A stretch of 64,000 bases of DNA from Alphaproteobacteria bacterium (lineage in GTDB: Bacteria > Pseudomonadota > Alphaproteobacteria > SHVV01), in contig OZ253470.1 of the NCBI GenBank assembly GCA_965261735.1, forward strand, positions 1,920,001-1,984,000, written 5' to 3'. How positions within the stretch are numbered: the first letter of the stretch is position 1; each line of letters starts with the position of its first letter. The position numbers were made by a program, and so were the translations under genes. Below are positions 59,656-64,000 of this stretch, piece after piece. The notes beneath the pieces were generated by a model. That model ran no database searches. It had not been told where the DNA came from and saw only the letters and a list, made by a program, of their open reading frames with translations.

Positions 59656-60915
59656 TCAGGTTTTAACCTTCGGAATGTCTTCCCAACGGGTTGTGTAGTT
59701 GGGCGAGCGGAACGCGCTGCTCGATCGCCAGGCCGCGGCCTGCGCCGCGGGGCCGAATTGGATCGCTCCCGGCCCCAGCCGGTCGTTGATGGCGTCGAAC
59801 GCTTCGATCAGCTTGTCGTCCCTTGGATCCTGCGTATCGAATAGCGAGATTGGCGCCCGGCCGGCTTCTACGAGGTCGAGCAGCATCACCCCGGCGCGCT
59901 TGTACGCCAGCCCCTCGCGGTAGATGTGCTTCAGAGCGGCCAGTGCGGCTCGCACGACATGCCTCGTGTTATTGGTCGCGGGCGACAGTGCTTCCGAGCG
60001 GGAGGGAGCGTGGTGTGGGCTCTTGCCGAAACGGTTGGTCTCGATGAACACGCTCACCGAGGTTGAGACAAGATTGGCCCTGCGGATCGATCGCGCCGCA
60101 TCGGTCGCGAACATGGCGATCGCATTGGCCAACTCGTCGTAGTCGCGCACTTCCGTGCCGAAGGATCGCGAGACCATCGTCGTTTGCTTGGGCTGGGGCA
60201 TGTCGTCGAAGCCTATACAGTCACCGCCGCGTAATTCCCGCACCGTCTTCAGCCCGCCGACGCCCATCTCCTTGCGGATCCAGCCATCGGGCCGCCGCGC
60301 GAGATCGAGGGCCGTCATGACGCCGTTGCGGTTGAGTTTCTTGGCGTACTGCCTGCCGATGCCCCAGATATCGCCGACTTCCGTTGACGCCAGCGCCCTG
60401 TCGCGCCAGCGCTCACCGGTGAGATCGAGAACACCGTCCGTTTTGGCGGAGGTCTTCGCGAGGCGGTTGGCGATCTTGGCAAGGGTCTTGGTCTCGGCGA
60501 TGCCGATGCTGATCGGCAGCCCGGTCCATTGCCGCACGGTGCGTTTCAGGTCCTGGCAGAATGCAGTGAGCTCTTGCGGTATTCCCGTGAGATCAAGGAA
60601 GCATTCGTCGATCGAGTATTTCTCTACCGCCGGGACCAGTTCCCCGAAGGCCTGCATCACCCGGTTGGTCATGTCGGTATAGAACTGGAGGTTGCCGCTG
60701 ATGACCGCGATGCTGTTCCGCTCGATGAGGTCTTTCGCCTGGAACGCCGGCTGCGCCATCTTGACGCCGAGCGCCTTGGCCTCGTCGCTGCGCGCCACGA
60801 TGCAGCCGTCGTTCGACGACAGGACGACGGCCGGGCGGCCCTCGAGCGCGGGCCGGAAGACCCGCTCGCAGGAAACGAAGAAGTTATTGCAGTCGGCCAG
60901 TCCGTAGACGCTCAT
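59656..60915 (-). CDS. umuC: Y-family DNA polymerase V catalytic subunit
   Basis: LADCNNFFVSCERVF, SSNDGC, YSIDEC, KTLAKIAN, GDIWGIG, RSPNYTTRW. Confidence 0.93.
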   Translation of the reverse strand: MSVYGLADCNNFFVSCERVFRPALEGRPAVVLSSNDGCIVARSDEAKALGVKMAQPAFQAKDLIERNSIAVISGNLQFYTDMTNRVMQAFGELVPAVEKYSIDECFLDLTGIPQELTAFCQDLKRTVRQWTGLPISIGIAETKTLAKIANRLAKTSAKTDGVLDLTGERWRDRALASTEVGDIWGIGRQYAKKLNRNGVMTALDLARRPDGWIRKEMGVGGLKTVRELRGGDCIGFDDMPQPKQTTMVSRSFGTEVRDYDELANAIAMFATDAARSIRRANLVSTSVSVFIETNRFGKSPHHAPSRSEALSPATNNTRHVVRAALAALKHIYREGLAYKRAGVMLLDLVEAGRAPISLFDTQDPRDDKLIEAFDAINDRLGPGAIQFGPAAQAAAWRSSSAFRSPNYTTRWEDIPKVKT

Positions 60916-61196
60916 GGCAGGCTCCGCACCACCCCGGCGACGATGCCCCAGACTTGGGCCTCCTCGCCATCGAGGGCGGCGAACGGACGCGCGGTCAACT
61001 CGCCTTCGATTGACGCGATGACGATGGAGCCCGCGCCCGGCGTGCGCGAACGGTCGACGATCAGGGTATCGCCGGCAAGGATCGCGTGTTCGGCCATGCC
61101 GCCGCCCTCGACCGTGACAAAGAATGTCGCCGCCGGACGCTTTATGAAATGATCGTCGAGGCTAAGACTCGTCGTGGGGGTGACTACGGTGAACAT
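60912..61196 (-). CDS. umuD: UmuD-like S24-fold protein, short and lacking catalytic residues
   Basis: IKRPAATFFVTVEGGGM..GDTLIVDRS..VWGIV; ATGA coupling to umuC. Confidence 0.7.
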   Translation of the reverse strand: MFTVVTPTTSLSLDDHFIKRPAATFFVTVEGGGMAEHAILAGDTLIVDRSRTPGAGSIVIASIEGELTARPFAALDGEEAQVWGIVAGVVRSLP

Positions 61197-61393
61197 CAGG
61201 CAATGGCCTGTAAATTTCCCTTATCGGCGCCGGCGGCGATTAACTTGGTTTGGCGGTAGAATACATCCAGCACATCGGTTCAAGTAGAACGACGTGAAAA
61301 GGGAAACGGAAAGCTGGCGTGTAACAGGGGCAATCAGTTGCACCAGCCGGGCCACGCGACAGTATAAGAGGCTTGAAATGAGGGGTTTAGGAA

Positions 61394-61633
61394 ATGGCTA
61401 TCGATGAGACCGGACTCACCAAAGGTCTGGTGAGAAAATTGAACGCGCTTAGGAAATCCGTCGGCGACGACCTCGCCGAAGAGGTCTTCGCAAGGTGGCT
61501 GGAGCGGGAGGCTGCCTTACAAGCCAGGAGCAAGCCAGATCCCGTGGCGATGAAGATCGTCGAGGCTCTCGCGGGCTTTGAAGCCGATAAAGCGCTGACC
61601 CCGTCTTCTGAAGTTGAGGAGCCCAATCGATGA
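61394..61633 (+). CDS. small hypothetical protein (possibly truncated)
   Basis: 79-aa ORF with RBS; overlaps the next gene. Confidence 0.5.
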   Translation: MAIDETGLTKGLVRKLNALRKSVGDDLAEEVFARWLEREAALQARSKPDPVAMKIVEALAGFEADKALTPSSEVEEPNR

Positions 61634-61950
61634 CCGCCTTTGATGACCGCAAAACAGCCGCCGAAGCCAAGTTCACGCATGATCAGGAGTTCCAGTTTAA
61701 GACCATCGCGCGGCGCAACAAGCTGCTCGGCCTGTGGGCAGCGGAACAAATGGGCATTTCAGGCGCGGATGCCGAGGCCTACGCCAAGCAGGTCGTGATC
61801 GCCGATTTTGAAGAGCCGGGAGATGCCGATGTGTTGCGGAAGGTGCTCGGCGACCTGACTGACAAAGGGATCGCGACGGACGAGAACAAGGTGCGTCACG
61901 AGATGACCCGCCTGCTCGAGGAAGCCAAAATGCAGGTTTCGACCGAATAG
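61630..61950 (+). CDS. DUF1476 / F1Fo ATPase zeta-subunit family protein
   Basis: MTAFDDR..EAKFTHD..ARRNKLLGLWAA..VVIADFEEPGD; GAGGAG RBS. Confidence 0.9.
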   Translation: MTAFDDRKTAAEAKFTHDQEFQFKTIARRNKLLGLWAAEQMGISGADAEAYAKQVVIADFEEPGDADVLRKVLGDLTDKGIATDENKVRHEMTRLLEEAKMQVSTE

Positions 61951-62032
61951 AACGCGATCATTGGGTTAAATCAACAGGCTGGCACCGCGGGATCACGGTG
62001 CGTCAGCAACGCAAAGCTATGCAACCTGAAAG

Positions 62033-62968
62033 TCATCCGGCGATGAGGAGGCGATAGGGCATGGGCTGGTTTCGTGCGGCGCTATGGACGAAACGCGGGA
62101 TCATTGTCTGGAGTTGATAGCGCCGGTTGTAGCGCCAGGCGAAGCTGGCGAGATAGCGTCCGGCATGGTCGGGGCCGAGCTTGCGATAAGTCCCGGTGAT
62201 CGCGCTTTTGATGTTGCCGAGCGTCGTGTTCACCCATTTGAACGATGCCATGCGGGCCGCCTGGCGGCCCGACCCGGTGCGGATCGCCTGGTGGCTGCAG
62301 GCGGCTTCTTCGAGTGCGCTCCAGCAGCCCAGGCGGTCCGTCACAACCGCCGCGCCGGGGGCCAGCCAGTGCTTGGCGCCGCGCGCGATCTCGCGCTTGC
62401 GGAAGCCCTTGACCGGCGCCAGCTTCAGCTTGCGCGGGCGCCCCTCGGGACTGGTCGAGACCGCCGCCACGAAGGGCGTTTTGCCCGCCGCGCCGCGGCC
62501 CCGCTTGCCGCCGGAGCGCACCCCGCCGAGATAGGCGTCGTCCATCTCGACCCGCCCCGTAAGCGCCGTCTCCCCCTCGCGCCGCGCCATCACCGCCATG
62601 ATCTTGTGCTTCACGGCCCAGGCCGTCGGCTGCTTGACCCCGAGACGGCGGCCGAGTTCCACCGACGAGATGCCGTTCTTCGCCGTCACGATCAGGTGGA
62701 TGGCGGCAAACCAGACTGTCAGCGGCAGCTTGGTCGCGTGGAAGATCGTGCCCGCCGTGGGCGATGTCTGCTTCTTGCACCGGTTGCATTGATAGAGACC
62801 CCGACCCGCCAACACGCAATGCTCCCGATGGCCGCAGCAGGGGCAGACGAAGCCGCCCGGCCAGCGCAGCCGGACCAGCGCCGCGCGGCACTGCTCCTTG
62901 GTGCCGAAGGCCTCCCGAAACGCCTCGTCGTTCAGACCACGCACGCGCGATGCAACCTTGAACCCCAT
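62033..62968 (-). mobile_element. IS1595-family transposase (element about 62024-63036)
   Basis: RWPGGFVCPCC zinc ribbon, GTIFH, VEMDDAYLGG, GKRGRG, RYNRR. Confidence 0.9.
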
Positions 62969-63253
62969 AACCGTGACCCCCTCATACAGAACATATTGAG
63001 AACATACATCCCCACAGGCGGAGTGTCACGGATAAGCAGGAACTTTTTTGCCTGCTCCTCGGTGTGTCCCCCAGCGGAAAGCACGACCTCAAGTAGCTTC
63101 AGCGACCCCCATCCCTTCGCGTATGTACCTCCACTAGCAGTGACAATTGGCCTGAGCCCCTTAACAAGAAAGCCCTCGACTACCAAATGATCGAGCGCAA
63201 GGATTTCGTTGCCCCATTCTTCGATGGAGTTTGTCGCGGGGTAGAGCGCTTTC

Positions 63254-63736
63254 TCAAGCAGCATCGGCGTCGATCTCGGGAACGAGGTCCGCGTCGTCGT
63301 CCGCCGCCACGGGGCCGATGACGAGGGCGTCAATCTCAGCCGTGTTGAAACCGGTAACCTCGATATCGAAGTCCAACTCGATTCCGGTGAGCGCCTTGAT
63401 CTCGATCGAGAGCATCTCCTCGTCCCAGCCGGCCAGTTCGGCCAGGCGGTTGTCGGCGATGACGTACGCGCGAACTTGTGCTTCCGTGAGGTCACTCAGC
63501 CGGATCGCCGGAACCTCCTCCAGCCCGAGCAGCTTCGCCGCTTCCAGGCGCCCGTGGCCCGCCACTACCCGCCGGCTCTCGTCGATGAGGACGGGGTTGG
63601 TCCAGCCGAAGGTCCGGATGGATTGGGCGATCTGCCGGATCTGCTTCTTGGTATGCGTACGGGCGTTACCCGCGTACGGCTTCAGGGTGGAGACCGCTAT
63701 ACGCTCGACCTTGAGGTCGCGAATGCGCTCAGACAT
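63254..63736 (-). pseudogene. ParB-N (methylase-associated) gene, truncated; paralog of 42833-43717
   Basis: MSERIRDLKVE..LKPYAGNARTH..IADNRLAELAGWD; stops before the methylase domain. Confidence 0.8.
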
Positions 63737-64000
63737 CGGACGAACCCCCAGCGTCGCCGAAAACGTCGGGGACGGCGTTGCCTGCCGCCGGAACGCCGGC
63801 GTCAGGGCTGGTCGATTGGAACTCGGCTCTTCGCCCTAGCGCGCCGTGCCGGATCACCGCTCACCTCACTGTCTCCAATGACTGGAGACCTAAGGATGGC
63901 GTGATCCTTGGCTGGTCTCATTCAAAATAATTAGCGTCTTTTTCGGTATTCGGACGAGAGGGTTTGGACCGAGCGCCAGGCGTCCTCGCCGTAGTCATAG

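Noticed and set aside
61197-61390. LexA (SOS) box upstream of umuDC
   Set aside because: GTTC and GAAC half-sites exist but not in the N7 direct-repeat spacing.

Overview
GC-rich DNA, probably alphaproteobacterial (DUF1476/zeta subunit, DUF1127 with GcvA, RT0821-like genes), and almost entirely accessory. The left half (1-31.8 kb) is the right part of an integrative island. It ends at a tRNA-fMet 3'-half attR (31747-31791) beside a tyrosine integrase. It carries a minus-strand cluster (ParB, GHKL ATPase, DUF2958, MoxR-like AAA, DUF3150-like, peptidase-like/VWA) and a complete class I DISARM operon (drmD-drmMI-drmA-drmB-drmC) translationally coupled to an upstream HTH-Dcm-Vsr module. The right half (32-64 kb) is a mosaic of IS elements (IS110/IS1111, IS256, IS630, IS6, IS1182-like, IS1595, IS3 remnants), a group II intron 5' fragment, many gene fragments and a few intact cargo genes. 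Best-supported notable result: two different IS1111-type elements have bridge/seek-RNA guides that can be read from the sequence and match their actual insertion sites, both in IS6-type DNA (a terminal inverted repeat, and the HETVR codons of the transposase). Other candidates: an uncharacterised 4-TM membrane protein coupled to an exported DRGH nuclease; a DISARM-I operon with an extra 5mC methylase and Vsr; an AAA/VWA module with an erased peptidase active site; and a UmuD'-like, catalytically dead partner of UmuC. All family assignments come from motif recognition by eye, with no database searches.
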